From Escherichia phage GEP101: a DNA stretch of 64,000 bases. Every line of letters starts with the position of its first letter. The stretch's first letter is position 1. Made by a program: the position numbers and the translations under genes. The DNA lies in sequence record PQ036202; one strand, given 5' to 3'. This document shows, piece by piece, positions 1 to 9,978 of this stretch. Below the pieces are notes generated by a model. The model had not been told where the DNA came from. It did no database searches and was given only the letters and a program-made list of their open reading frames with translations.

Positions 1-626
1 CTGCCTCTACATCACTTGTAAGCTCTATTAGCTCTGTAACAGACCCTACAATAAAGGATAAGCTTATTGCTGCTGGACTTACAACAGTTCTGCTTAATAG
101 CTTTACAACGAGTCTGACAAGCACTACATCAACCACTAAGACACTGACAGATTACGGTCAAAAGTCCATCGATGAGTTTTCATCACGTATGCAGGTAGCA
201 AAAGGATATTCCAATGTTATGGGTGCAGCAGGAGAGCAAGTCGGTTGTACACCATTTAGTGGTATTATGGGTGTTGCTACAGAGTACGGTCAAAAAGCTA
301 TTGACACAATTAACAGTACACTAGACGGTGTTAATGACGTATTAAGTGACTTACAAGATGCTATTGATAAAGGTCTTGATACTATTTCTGATTTAGCTAA
401 CCAAGCTGTTAGCAAGATTAATGAAGGTATCTCAAAGATTACAGCTTATGCAGATGAAGTTGTGCAGATGATTGAAGAAGAAGCTGCCCTTATTGCAGAG
501 TACCTTAAAACGAATATCAATGGGTTCTTAGCAGGTATCTTACCAGACTGGTTTGATGATGCTTGTAAAACTGGTGTGATTGATACTATTGCAACACCAG
601 AAATGAAGAACGCATTACAGAAATAA
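1..626 (+). CDS. hypothetical protein, 5-prime truncated at window edge
   Basis: Frame 3 is open from position 3 into the listed ORF 189..626 with no stop; no recognisable motif. Confidence 0.4.
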   Translation, partial: ASTSLVSSISSVTDPTIKDKLIAAGLTTVLLNSFTTSLTSTTSTTKTLTDYGQKSIDEFSSRMQVAKGYSNVMGAAGEQVGCTPFSGIMGVATEYGQKAIDTINSTLDGVNDVLSDLQDAIDKGLDTISDLANQAVSKINEGISKITAYADEVVQMIEEEAALIAEYLKTNINGFLAGILPDWFDDACKTGVIDTIATPEMKNALQK

Positions 627-627
627 T

Positions 628-720
628 GGAAGATTAACCCTAAAAGGTAAGGGAGCAGTTTGCTAAACTGCCAGTAGCTGAGAAATCGGTGTACCAGTTC
701 AAGTCTGGTATCTTCCTCCA
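628..720 (+). tRNA. tRNA-Ser (anticodon GCU), type II with long variable arm, CCA encoded
   Basis: Acceptor GGAAGAT/ATCTTCC, anticodon stem GCAGT/ACTGC with loop TTGCTAA, T-arm ACCAG-TTCAAGT-CTGGT, 21-nt variable arm, 3-prime TCCA; folded by hand. Confidence 0.55.
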
Positions 721-724
721 ATTT

Positions 725-800
725 GAATCCGTGACAGAAATGGCTATGTGCCTGTCTGCAAAACAGGTTTATAAGGGTTCGAGTCCCTTCGGATTCTCCA
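725..800 (+). tRNA. tRNA-Cys (anticodon GCA), 76 nt, CCA encoded
   Basis: Perfect 7-bp acceptor GAATCCG/CGGATTC, U8, anticodon stem CCTGT/ACAGG with loop CTGCAAA, T-arm AAGGG-TTCGAGT-CCCTT, discriminator U73 typical of tRNA-Cys. Confidence 0.65.
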
Positions 801-837
801 AGTTATTTTACTCTCTCTCAATTAAAATAATAATAAT

Positions 838-897
838 GCCCTGCTATAAGTATTCTTCCTTTCGCTACCGAAGAGTATTTTTAGACAGGGCTTTTTT
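838..897 (+). terminator. nested hairpin followed by T-run downstream of the tRNA pair
   Basis: Outer stem GCCCTG/CAGGGC, inner stem TATTCTTC/GAAGAGTA, then TTTTTT. Confidence 0.4.
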
Positions 898-962
898 ACA
901 GAGTTATACTTTATAAGAAGGCTTATACAGTATGTCTCTGACGTACATTGTGGTTTCTCCTT

Positions 963-986
963 GACGGTCTCTGTACCGTCTTTTTT
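963..986 (+). terminator. rho-independent terminator
   Basis: GACGGT-CTCTGT-ACCGTC hairpin followed by TTTTTT. Confidence 0.5.
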
Positions 987-1022
987 AAGGGGAAACATGG
1001 TTAATTATTTGGAGAAAACATA

Positions 1023-1223
1023 ATGAGTGAGACCGTTTATAAAGAACTTTATGAAGCTAACAAAAAGCTAGAATTTATGCAGAACACTATCATGGCAATT
1101 GCAGATAGATTGTCTGTAGCAACAGGTATTGATATCAAAGAAGCCTCTATGGATGCACTTCTTGATGCTGTTGATGCAAAGTTCGAAGTTAAGAAAGAAG
1201 AGACTGCTACAGACTCTGAATAA
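1023..1223 (+). CDS. hypothetical small protein upstream of terminase
   Basis: 66-aa ORF, ATG start, position immediately 5-prime of terL. Confidence 0.35.
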   Translation: MSETVYKELYEANKKLEFMQNTIMAIADRLSVATGIDIKEASMDALLDAVDAKFEVKKEETATDSE

Positions 1224-1244
1224 TTCTATTTGCGGAGGTGCTTA

Positions 1245-2846
1245 ATGGACTTAAATGCTGTTAAGCAGAAGCGAGTGGAAGATGTTAGGAAAGTCCTAGC
1301 TGGAGAGTTGGGGCTTTCTGATGAAGTAAAAGAAATTATCAAATCATTCGGTAAAGACCCCTCTAAATTCCTTCCAACTCAAATTCTGACTTTATTAAGA
1401 TACACACCAGACCAAGTTAGACTTATCTTCAAATTGATGACTGATAAGAACTATGTAGCCCCTCAGCCGGGTTCTCAAGAGGTCTTTTTAAATACTAATG
1501 CTGACTTGGTTTTATATGGTGGTGCTGCTGGTGCTGGTAAAACTGCTGCATTGTTAATGGACTCTTTAAGGTTTATTGAAGACCCTAACTATAATGCTGT
1601 ATATTTCCGTCGAAATACAACACAGTTACAAGGTGGTTTATGGCCTGCTGCAAAGAAACTATTTGGTAAGTTTGGTGGGGTTCCTCACGAGCAGAAGATG
1701 ACTATCACATTCCCTTCTGGGGCAACTATTAAGTTCACCTACCTAGAACTTGAAAAGCACGCTGAAGGCCATCAGGGTATTGAATACTCAGCTATCTACT
1801 TTGACGAAGGTACACACTTCTCTGCTTCACAGATTTCGTACCTACAGACCCGTCTACGTTCTGGTGCTGAAGGTGACTCATACATGAAGATTTCTATGAA
1901 CCCAGATAGAGACCACTTCATTTATGATTGGGTAGAACCCTTCTTAGATGAAGAAGGTTACCCAGACCCTGAGAAGTGCGGTCGTATTCGTTGGTATGTT
2001 ATGAATGATGGTGTGATGGTTTCTGATTGGGAAAGAGACAAGATTCTTGAAATGTTCCCTCTTGAGATTCCTCAGACATACACCTTCATCTCTGGTACGA
2101 TTGATGATAACCCAATTCTTGACTTCTTAGAACCTAAATATCGTGGTAAGTTGGAAAACAACACACCTGTAAACGTTGCAAGACTTCGTTTCGGTAACTG
2201 GAAGGCTCGTGCAGAAGGTTCAAACTATTGGCAAAGACAATGGTGTGAGATTGTTGATTCACTCCCAGAAGATGTGTTTGATGTCAGAGCATGGGACTTA
2301 GCAGCAACTTTACCATCTGAGATTAACCCTAATCCAGACTGGACAGCGGGTGTTAAGATGGGTAAATCTAAAAAAGACGGTTGCTATTATATCATTGATG
2401 TAGTAAGATTTAGAGATAGACCCTCTGGAGTCGAAACACAAATTAATTTGACTGCTGAAAGTGACGGTAAGCGAACTGGTATTTTTATCCCTCAAGACCC
2501 AGGCGCTGCTGGTAAATCCTATGCAACATCCCTCATCAGGAAACTTGCCGAGAAAGGTTATCGCGCAAGAGCTAAACCAACAAATAAAGATAAAGTTACC
2601 CGCTTTGCGGGATTTTCTGCTGCTTCTGAAGCTGGACTTGTAAAAGTCTTGAGAGGTAGTTGGAATGAAGCTTACTTTCAAGAACTTGAAGGTTTTTGTG
2701 GTGATGGTAAAACTAAAGATGACCAAGTGGATGCTACCAGTGATGCTTTCAACAGTCTTAACGAAGTTAAATTATTCAAGCCACCATCAATGGGTGCTCA
2801 CACAGACTTAGTGAGAGGAAACCCATATGAGGGGCTTAGACGTTGA
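1245..2846 (+). CDS. terL: terminase large subunit
   Basis: ATG at 1245 with GGAGG RBS (listed ORF starts at TTG 1230); P-loop-like LYGGAAGAGKTAALL, IYFDEGTHF Walker B-like, gene directly precedes portal. Confidence 0.75.
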   Translation: MDLNAVKQKRVEDVRKVLAGELGLSDEVKEIIKSFGKDPSKFLPTQILTLLRYTPDQVRLIFKLMTDKNYVAPQPGSQEVFLNTNADLVLYGGAAGAGKTAALLMDSLRFIEDPNYNAVYFRRNTTQLQGGLWPAAKKLFGKFGGVPHEQKMTITFPSGATIKFTYLELEKHAEGHQGIEYSAIYFDEGTHFSASQISYLQTRLRSGAEGDSYMKISMNPDRDHFIYDWVEPFLDEEGYPDPEKCGRIRWYVMNDGVMVSDWERDKILEMFPLEIPQTYTFISGTIDDNPILDFLEPKYRGKLENNTPVNVARLRFGNWKARAEGSNYWQRQWCEIVDSLPEDVFDVRAWDLAATLPSEINPNPDWTAGVKMGKSKKDGCYYIIDVVRFRDRPSGVETQINLTAESDGKRTGIFIPQDPGAAGKSYATSLIRKLAEKGYRARAKPTNKDKVTRFAGFSAASEAGLVKVLRGSWNEAYFQELEGFCGDGKTKDDQVDATSDAFNSLNEVKLFKPPSMGAHTDLVRGNPYEGLRR

Positions 2847-2862
2847 TAGCTAGGTGAGAAGA

Positions 2863-4329
2863 ATGGCAGAAATTACAGAAACACAAGAAAGCTTACCACC
2901 ATTTAGAATGGGTGAAGTAGGTTCTTTGGGTCTGAAGGTTAAGAATGGTAGAATCTATGAAGAACCTCGTCAGGCACTAAGGTTCCCTGAAAGTATTAAA
3001 ACTTTCCAATTAATGATGCGTGACCCTGCTGTAGCAGCATCTGTAAATATTATTAAGATGTTTGTCAGAAAAGTCAACTGGAGATTCGTACCTCCAAAGG
3101 GAAAAGAGCAAGACCCTAAAATGCTTGAAAGAGCAGACTTCTTTAATTCTTTAATGGATGACATGGAGCATGATTGGGCAGATTTTATTAACTCTGTAAT
3201 GTCATTCTGCACTTATGGGTTCTGTGTTAACGAAAAGGTTTATAAGAAACGTCAGGGTAAAAAAGGGAAGTACCAGTCAAAATTTGATGATGGTCTAATT
3301 GGGTGGGCTAAATTACCAATCAGAAACCAGTCAACACTTGATAAGTGGTATTTTGACGAAGACTTTAGAAAAGTTACTGGTGTCAGACAAAATCTAAGAA
3401 ATGTTTCACATATTGCTGGAGCAATTAATCTTGGAGAAAGACCACTAACAAGAAAACTCCCACGAGCTAAATTCATGCTGTTTAAGTATGATGATGAGTA
3501 TGGTAACCCAGAAGGTCGTTCACCATTACTTAATGCTTATGTACCGTGGAAGTATAAAGTACAGATTGAAGAGTACGAAGCTGTTGGTGTTTCAAGAGAC
3601 TTAGTAGGTATGCCAAAGATTGGTTTACCACCAGATTATCTGGATGAAAATGCCGAACCTGAAAAGAAAGCTTTCGTACAATACTGCAAAACTGTTGTTA
3701 ATGATATGATTGCTAATGACAGAGCAGGTTTAATCTGGCCTAGATATATCGACCCAGAAACTAAAGAGGATATCTTTGAGTTCTCATTAGTTTCTAGACA
3801 GGGTGCTAAAGCATATGACACAGGCTCTATTATTGACAGATATTCCAAGCAAATTATGATGGCATTTATGTCAGATGTTCTTGCTATGGGTCAGTCAAAA
3901 TACGGTTCATTCTCTCTTGCAGATTCTAAGACAAGCTTATTAGCAATGTCAGTAGATATTCTGCTGAAGCAAATTAAGAACGTAATTAACCGTGATTTAG
4001 TTGCACAGACTTATGCTCTTAATATGTGGGATGATGAAGAACATGTGCAAATCACATATGATGATATCGAAACTCCAGACCTTGAAGCAATTGGTTCTTA
4101 TATTCAGAAGACTGTTGCAGTAGGTGCTTTGGAAGTTGACAAAGAGCTATCTAACAAACTTAGAGAGCATATTGGTCTTCCTCCTGCTGATGAGTCTCAG
4201 CCAGTATCTGAAAAGCTTTCTCCGAATAGCCAAAGCCGTTCAGGAGATGGTTATAAGACCGCTGGAGAAGGTACTGCAAAGACACCTTCAGCGAAAGACC
4301 CAAGCACAGCAAATAAGGCAAATAAATAA
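2863..4329 (+). CDS. portal protein
   Basis: about 490 aa immediately after terL, low-complexity charged C-terminus; ATG at 2863 with AGGTGA RBS. Confidence 0.6.
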   Translation: MAEITETQESLPPFRMGEVGSLGLKVKNGRIYEEPRQALRFPESIKTFQLMMRDPAVAASVNIIKMFVRKVNWRFVPPKGKEQDPKMLERADFFNSLMDDMEHDWADFINSVMSFCTYGFCVNEKVYKKRQGKKGKYQSKFDDGLIGWAKLPIRNQSTLDKWYFDEDFRKVTGVRQNLRNVSHIAGAINLGERPLTRKLPRAKFMLFKYDDEYGNPEGRSPLLNAYVPWKYKVQIEEYEAVGVSRDLVGMPKIGLPPDYLDENAEPEKKAFVQYCKTVVNDMIANDRAGLIWPRYIDPETKEDIFEFSLVSRQGAKAYDTGSIIDRYSKQIMMAFMSDVLAMGQSKYGSFSLADSKTSLLAMSVDILLKQIKNVINRDLVAQTYALNMWDDEEHVQITYDDIETPDLEAIGSYIQKTVAVGALEVDKELSNKLREHIGLPPADESQPVSEKLSPNSQSRSGDGYKTAGEGTAKTPSAKDPSTANKANK

Positions 4330-4829
4330 TGGCTGAAGTTATCTCTATTTCAAATGCTACACGAGTGCATTCGTATAGAGGTGTCCTTATCATTACTGAT
4401 AAGCTATCTGTAGAGGCTGGCTCAAGGGTCAGCCTTTCAGGTTATGTTAGTGATGGTGGAATCTCTGACGTTTTCACTATTTGTAGGTTACTTGATGCAC
4501 CAATGAGTGGAAAACCGTTTATTTCAGGAAATTGTAGTGAAATTGTTAAAATTCCATTTGACAGTTCATGCCTTTTGGGTGTAAAGTTATATAACTGCGA
4601 GAATAAACGTATCAATGTTAATAGCATTGAAGCCGCTTTCATTACCCTCGACACTGCATTTCAATCTCCAATGACAGTTAATAAAGAAACAAACAGACTT
4701 GAATACATTTTTTCACAAAATGATTACAAAGTACTTGTCAAAGGTAAAGTATATGATATGATTGTAAATGTGGTAGATGAATCTGGTAACCATTCAACAG
4801 TCCTTAAACAAAAAGTAAGGTTTAATTAA
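4329..4829 (+). CDS. hypothetical protein (head module)
   Basis: ORF between portal and protease, start overlaps portal stop. Confidence 0.4.
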   Translation: MAEVISISNATRVHSYRGVLIITDKLSVEAGSRVSLSGYVSDGGISDVFTICRLLDAPMSGKPFISGNCSEIVKIPFDSSCLLGVKLYNCENKRINVNSIEAAFITLDTAFQSPMTVNKETNRLEYIFSQNDYKVLVKGKVYDMIVNVVDESGNHSTVLKQKVRFN

Positions 4830-5161
4830 TGGGAACATTAACTATTGATGGTAAGAATAAAATCCTCGCCACGCTAACCCCAACGACTATTATTTTACAC
4901 AATGTAGACCCAACGGCAGACCCTACAGCAAATAAGGTTACTCAGCCAGTGGCTATTTATTTTTCTGAACCGGATAATGGCTTAATTGCCTCAGAAGACA
5001 CAGTTAATATTACTGTTCCAGCTTCTGCAACGGTCTCACACTATAGCTTGTGGGATGCTAACGATAAATGCGTGGCAACTGGTGCTCTTAGCAAACCTCA
5101 ATTCTTTGCTGAAGAAGGTATCTATGTTATCTCTTCAGTCTCTGTAGATTTAAACAAATAG
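4829..5161 (+). CDS. hypothetical protein (head module)
   Basis: 110-aa ORF, start overlaps upstream stop. Confidence 0.4.
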   Translation: MGTLTIDGKNKILATLTPTTIILHNVDPTADPTANKVTQPVAIYFSEPDNGLIASEDTVNITVPASATVSHYSLWDANDKCVATGALSKPQFFAEEGIYVISSVSVDLNK

Positions 5162-5172
5162 GGTGAGTAAAA

Positions 5173-6519
5173 ATGAGTTCGAATATCTTCAGACTTGCTG
5201 ATAGATTATTCAACCAACCTTTACTAGCCACTGAATCATTAGCTCACTCAGCAGCAACTTATGTGAATAACAGATTGCTGGGTGATGTCCAAGCAGCAGT
5301 AAACTTTGATAAACCCAAAGGCGAAGCAAGAAGTCTTTTAAAAGTAAAAGATGATATTGCTATTATTCCTATTATGGGTGGTTTAACTCATCGTATGACA
5401 TTCATTGATGCAATGTGTACAGGTGGTTTAAGCTCTTATGAAGGTTTACGCAGAGGCTTTGACGAAGCTCTAGCAGATGAGTCAATCAAGACTATTGTTC
5501 TGCACATTGATTCTGGTGGTGGTGAAGCTTCAGGTTGCTTTGAATTAGCACGTCACATCATGGCTTCAAGAGGCCAAAAGAAAATTATTGCTTATGTAGA
5601 TGAGTTCGCTTGTTCCGCTGCATATGCCCTTGCATCTTCTGCTGAAGAAATTATTGCATCACCAGATGCAGATGTTGGTTCTATTGGTGTAATCATGGTT
5701 CATCAGGAATTAACTAAGGCATTTGAAAAGAATGGCGTAACAATTAACGTCATCAAAGCTGGTGAGTTTAAAGGTATGGGTTCACCATTCCAAGCACTTT
5801 CAGAAGAAAGCAAAGAAAGACTTCAAAAGAGAATTAATGATACCTACGCAACCTTTACAGGTTTTGTAGCTGAATCTCGTAATCTCTCTGAAGAAGCTGT
5901 AAAGAATACTGAGGCGAATGTTTATTCTGCTCAGGAAGCTCTTGAACTTGGTTTAATTAACTCAATCATGTCTCAAGATGATTTCTTAAATTACTTACAA
6001 GGTTCTGAAGAGGCTCCTGTAAGTTTAAACGTTAACAATTCAGGTGAAGAAATGACTGAACAAGAAAAGCAAGAACTAGAAGCTTTGCGTCTTCAGGTTG
6101 CTCAAATGAAAGCTAAAGAACAGGAAGCTGCTTTGTCAGATTTGACTAATAAGATTTCTGCTTCTGCTGAAGCTTTTGGATTTGATGCAAAAGAAGCTGC
6201 AACGACTATTTTAGGTGCTGGTCTTGATAACCCTCTGAGCGTTCTGTTTATGAATGCTATGGAAGGTGCTAACCAGAAACTTAATGAAACTATCGCATCC
6301 CATGCTTCTGCAATGGAAGAAAAAGAATCAGAAATTACCAAGCTGAAAGAAACTGCTGGTGCTGTTCTTGAACATTCCAATGCTATGGAAGAAGTGGGTA
6401 ATGACGGCGAAGCTGATTTGGTTGAAGAAGAAAAAGAACCAACTAAGAATGCTTCCGAAGACACCGCTGAACAACGCAAACTGGCTCTCCAGAATGCTCT
6501 AAAATCTCTTATCAAATAA
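5173..6519 (+). CDS. prohead protease (S49/SppA-like) fused to acidic coiled-coil scaffold-like C-terminal domain
   Basis: N-terminal half resembles S49 peptidases (IIPIMGG, CSAAYALASSAEEI, GSIGVIM); C-terminal half E/K/A-rich coiled coil like lambda C-Nu3. Confidence 0.7.
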   Translation: MSSNIFRLADRLFNQPLLATESLAHSAATYVNNRLLGDVQAAVNFDKPKGEARSLLKVKDDIAIIPIMGGLTHRMTFIDAMCTGGLSSYEGLRRGFDEALADESIKTIVLHIDSGGGEASGCFELARHIMASRGQKKIIAYVDEFACSAAYALASSAEEIIASPDADVGSIGVIMVHQELTKAFEKNGVTINVIKAGEFKGMGSPFQALSEESKERLQKRINDTYATFTGFVAESRNLSEEAVKNTEANVYSAQEALELGLINSIMSQDDFLNYLQGSEEAPVSLNVNNSGEEMTEQEKQELEALRLQVAQMKAKEQEAALSDLTNKISASAEAFGFDAKEAATTILGAGLDNPLSVLFMNAMEGANQKLNETIASHASAMEEKESEITKLKETAGAVLEHSNAMEEVGNDGEADLVEEEKEPTKNASEDTAEQRKLALQNALKSLIK

Positions 6520-6530
6520 GGAACACAACA

Positions 6531-6908
6531 ATGGCATATCAAGGTTTTACTAAGTTAGGTAAAAGAGAACCTCTGAATGATATCATTCTTTGGGAACAGG
6601 TTACCCCAACAGGCCACTCTCGTAAAGAGTACACTCCAGTTGCTTCAACAGAATACCGTGTAGGTGAAGTTCTGAAAGCAGATGGTACTAAGGTTACAGC
6701 AGGGCAAGAAGCTCAGGCTGACTCTGTATGTATCGTTAACTTTTATGCAGACTCACAACTGTCTTATCACGGTCAGTTGAAAGTGGTAGGTATCTACCGC
6801 GATGCAGAACTGAAAGACATGCTGACTCTTGAATCAAGCGTTAATGCTGATGAAGTCAAGAAGGCTCTGGCTGCTAAAGGTATTGATTTCGTACCAACTG
6901 GCCTGTAA
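6531..6908 (+). CDS. head decoration protein (gpD-like), tentative
   Basis: 125-aa ORF between protease and major capsid gene, as in lambda C-D-E order. Confidence 0.4.
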   Translation: MAYQGFTKLGKREPLNDIILWEQVTPTGHSRKEYTPVASTEYRVGEVLKADGTKVTAGQEAQADSVCIVNFYADSQLSYHGQLKVVGIYRDAELKDMLTLESSVNADEVKKALAAKGIDFVPTGL

Positions 6909-6941
6909 TAACAATAATAAGACATTCTGGAGAATTTTACA

Positions 6942-8054
6942 ATGTTGACTAATTCTGAAAAAAGCAGATTTTTCCTTGCTGACCTGACTGGTGAAGTCCA
7001 GTCTATCCCAAATACTTATGGGTATATTTCCAACTTAGGTCTGTTCCGTTCAGCACCAATCACCCAAACTACTTTCCTTATGGACTTGACTGATTGGGAT
7101 GTTAGCTTGCTTGATGCGGTAGACCGTGATAGCCGTAAAGCAGAGACTAGCGCACCTGAGCGTGTTCGTCAAATCAGCTTCCCAATGATGTACTTCAAAG
7201 AAGTTGAAAGCATCACTCCTGATGAAATTCAGGGTGTACGTCAGCCAGGCACTGCAAACGAGCTTACTACTGAAGCTGTAGTACGTGCTAAGAAGCTGAT
7301 GAAGATTCGTACCAAGTTTGATATTACTCGTGAGTTCCTGTTTATGCAAGCTCTGAAGGGTAAAGTTGTCGATGCTCGTGGTACTCTGTACGCTGACCTG
7401 TACAAGCAGTTCGACGTTGAGAAGAAGACTATTCACTTCGACCTTGACAACCCTAATGCTGACATCGACGCTGCTATTGAAGAACTGCGTATGCACATGG
7501 AAGACGAAGCTAAGACTGGCACTGTAATCAACGGTGAAGAAATTCACGTAGTTGTTGACCGTGTATTCTTCAGCAAACTGGTTAAGCATCCTAAGATTCG
7601 TGACGCTTATCTTGCACAACAGACTCCACTGGCTTGGCAGCAGATTACTGGTTCTCTGAGAACTGGTGGTACTGACGGCGTTCAGGCTCATATGAATACT
7701 TTCTACTACGGTGGTGTTAAGTTTGTCCAGTACAACGGTAAGTTCAAAGACAAGCGTGGTAAGGTTCACACTCTGGTTAGCATTGATGGTGTTACTCAGG
7801 ATGGAACTGTAGGTGTAGGACACGCCTTCCCTAACGTTTCTATGCTGGGTGAAGCAAACAACATCTTCGAAGTGGCATATGGTCCATGTCCTAAGATGGG
7901 TTATGCGAATACACTTGGTCAGGAACTATACGTATTCGAATACGAAAAAGACCGTGACGAAGGTATCGACTTTGAAGCTCACTCTTACATGCTGCCATAC
8001 TGTACTCGTCCTCAGTTGCTGGTAGACGTTCGTTCTGACGCTAAAGGTGGCTGA
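6942..8054 (+). CDS. major capsid protein (lambda gpE-like)
   Basis: 370 aa, position after protease/decoration genes, overall resemblance to gpE-family capsid proteins. Confidence 0.7.
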   Translation: MLTNSEKSRFFLADLTGEVQSIPNTYGYISNLGLFRSAPITQTTFLMDLTDWDVSLLDAVDRDSRKAETSAPERVRQISFPMMYFKEVESITPDEIQGVRQPGTANELTTEAVVRAKKLMKIRTKFDITREFLFMQALKGKVVDARGTLYADLYKQFDVEKKTIHFDLDNPNADIDAAIEELRMHMEDEAKTGTVINGEEIHVVVDRVFFSKLVKHPKIRDAYLAQQTPLAWQQITGSLRTGGTDGVQAHMNTFYYGGVKFVQYNGKFKDKRGKVHTLVSIDGVTQDGTVGVGHAFPNVSMLGEANNIFEVAYGPCPKMGYANTLGQELYVFEYEKDRDEGIDFEAHSYMLPYCTRPQLLVDVRSDAKGG

Positions 8055-8074
8055 TAAACTTAGGAGGGTTATGA

Positions 8075-8524
8075 ATGTGTTATACAGGCGACCCAGCCAA
8101 TAACCCTCTTGATAGAGTAAGAATCCTCTGCACAGACACCAATAATGATGAAATTCTTATTGAGCAGTCTGTGCTAGAGTGGTTCTATCTAGAATCTGGA
8201 AAGGATGAAAAGAAAGCAGCCATCAAAGCTCTTAAATATTTACTCTTTCAAGTAGCCAAGATGGGAGATGAGAAGGTTGGTGGTGTTTATTTACGTAACT
8301 CTTCCAGATTCAAATCTCTGAAAGCTGTTTATGACGACCTTGTTAAAAGCTCTGTTTCAGGACTACCCTATGCAGGTGGTATTAATCAGTGCGACATTGA
8401 TATGCGTCGTCAAAATCCTTGCTCTGTCAAGAAATACACAGAATATGGTGATGCTGCCAGATACGAAGGCAGAGATTACTGCAACCGTGTTAATGGCGTA
8501 TTTATTATCGAGCGAGATGAATAA
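8075..8524 (+). CDS. hypothetical protein (head completion/connector region)
   Basis: ORF in head-tail joining region. Confidence 0.35.
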   Translation: MCYTGDPANNPLDRVRILCTDTNNDEILIEQSVLEWFYLESGKDEKKAAIKALKYLLFQVAKMGDEKVGGVYLRNSSRFKSLKAVYDDLVKSSVSGLPYAGGINQCDIDMRRQNPCSVKKYTEYGDAARYEGRDYCNRVNGVFIIERDE

Positions 8525-9006
8525 TGGTTAAAAGGGTTATTCACCCCGCTAGAGCAAAATTAGTCGGGGCTATGAAGAACTTGCAAACGGCTAATGCTCA
8601 AGTTGGGTATTTTCAAGAACAAGGTCAACATAGCTCTGGTTTTTCTTATCCTGCTTTAATGTATTTACAAGAAGTTATTGGGGTTCCTTCAGCTTCTGGT
8701 AAAGTATATCGTAGGTTGTTTGAAATCACTATGATGCTAAACAGACAGACCTTGTTAGAGCAGACTAAGAAGAATCTATATAAGCAACTTAGCAGTCTCA
8801 ACACAGACCCTTCAAATACCTTAGAAGCATTTGCAAAGAATGCTCAGAAGGTAATTAAAAGAGGCTTTGGTAATTCTGCTATCCTTCCTCCTAACGCACC
8901 TTCCACAGTCAAGAAAAAAGGCTTTAATGCACCTCTTGTTGAGACAGGTGACTTAAGGGATAACCTTGCTTATAAAATTTCTACTAAGAAGGGTATTAAA
9001 AAATGA
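8524..9006 (+). CDS. hypothetical protein (head-tail connector region)
   Basis: ORF with overlapping start/stop in structural operon. Confidence 0.35.
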   Translation: MVKRVIHPARAKLVGAMKNLQTANAQVGYFQEQGQHSSGFSYPALMYLQEVIGVPSASGKVYRRLFEITMMLNRQTLLEQTKKNLYKQLSSLNTDPSNTLEAFAKNAQKVIKRGFGNSAILPPNAPSTVKKKGFNAPLVETGDLRDNLAYKISTKKGIKK

Positions 9007-9404
9007 GACTCTTAAACAGACACAGCTTTGTAGTAAAGCGTAAAGTCTCTGAAGATGGTTATTATAATGATGATGGTGATTGGGTAGCTTCACAAGATAT
9101 TGTAGAGGTTAACTGTAAAGGTAATATCCAGCCGTATATCAAAGGTTCTGTAAAGAATGGTACACAGATTGCTTTACCGGAAGGTATTAGACTTACCGAT
9201 ACAAGAATCCTGTATACCACATATAAACTTAGAACTTCAGATGATGTAGAGTGGAATGAGTCTGATATTGTTATGATTGATGGTCATGAGTATGAAGTAT
9301 TTATGACTATGGATTGGTCACAGCAATTAGCCCATACGTCCCATTATGAATATATCATTATTAGAAGGGATAAAATGAATGCAGTTAGAAACAGCAGAAC
9401 TTGA
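9003..9404 (+). CDS. hypothetical protein (head-tail connector region)
   Basis: ORF with overlapping start/stop in structural operon. Confidence 0.35.
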   Translation: MRLLNRHSFVVKRKVSEDGYYNDDGDWVASQDIVEVNCKGNIQPYIKGSVKNGTQIALPEGIRLTDTRILYTTYKLRTSDDVEWNESDIVMIDGHEYEVFMTMDWSQQLAHTSHYEYIIIRRDKMNAVRNSRT

Positions 9405-9978
9405 AAAAGGTCTAGTTAGAACCTTAGTGGATGTTATTGGTCACAGACTAGCTCGTGATAAAAATAATAGACCAAATGTAATTAGAGCTTACCCTTCTGA
9501 TAACTCAAATGACAAAGGTTTAAAACCTGACCAGCCATTTATTACCGTATATTGTCAAGATGCTGCAACACCTTATGGTTGGGTTCTTGATAAGTTTGTT
9601 GAGGATGATGTAGTTTGCTACAGAATTGCTTTTCAGATTCCAGTATTAATTACGGTAAATGGTAAAGGTGCTCACAGTATTATGCTTGAGCTTAAACAAC
9701 GATTAGAGATGAGTTCAGTCAGAGATTTAATTCTTGAAGAGACAGGAGCTACAGTCTTAGACACTGGAGCCATTCCAAATGACTATACTTATCTTAATAC
9801 AGATTTCGAAAATTCTGCACCTCTTGTTGTAACTCTTGTAAAAAATTCAGTCCTGAAAGATGAACGTGGAGGTATTATTGAACGTGTCATTGTTGATGGT
9901 GAATTAGTTTACGAGGAAGGACAAGAGCCACCAGAATATACTATCCATCTAGATGTAGACTCCAAAGGGGTAAAATAA
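9379..9978 (+). CDS. hypothetical protein (tail completion region)
   Basis: ORF preceding putative sheath gene. Confidence 0.35.
   Translation: MQLETAELEKGLVRTLVDVIGHRLARDKNNRPNVIRAYPSDNSNDKGLKPDQPFITVYCQDAATPYGWVLDKFVEDDVVCYRIAFQIPVLITVNGKGAHSIMLELKQRLEMSSVRDLILEETGATVLDTGAIPNDYTYLNTDFENSAPLVVTLVKNSVLKDERGGIIERVIVDGELVYEEGQEPPEYTIHLDVDSKGVK

Noticed and set aside
689-916. Listed ORFs 689..916 (+) and 446..721 (-) as protein-coding genes
   Set aside because: They overlap the two tRNA candidates and terminator hairpins and have no RBS or motif; treated as spurious frames.
1023-1223. Terminase small subunit assignment for the 66-aa ORF upstream of terL
   Set aside because: Too short and lacks a recognisable DNA-binding motif; the real small subunit may lie upstream of the window.
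7050-7823. Long antisense ORFs inside strong genes (7050..7823 in the capsid gene, 33160..34083 in the polymerase gene, 35305..35706, 52000..52566, 55022..55555 and similar)
   Set aside because: Each lies opposite or out of frame within a well-supported gene with recognisable motifs; typical of chance open frames.
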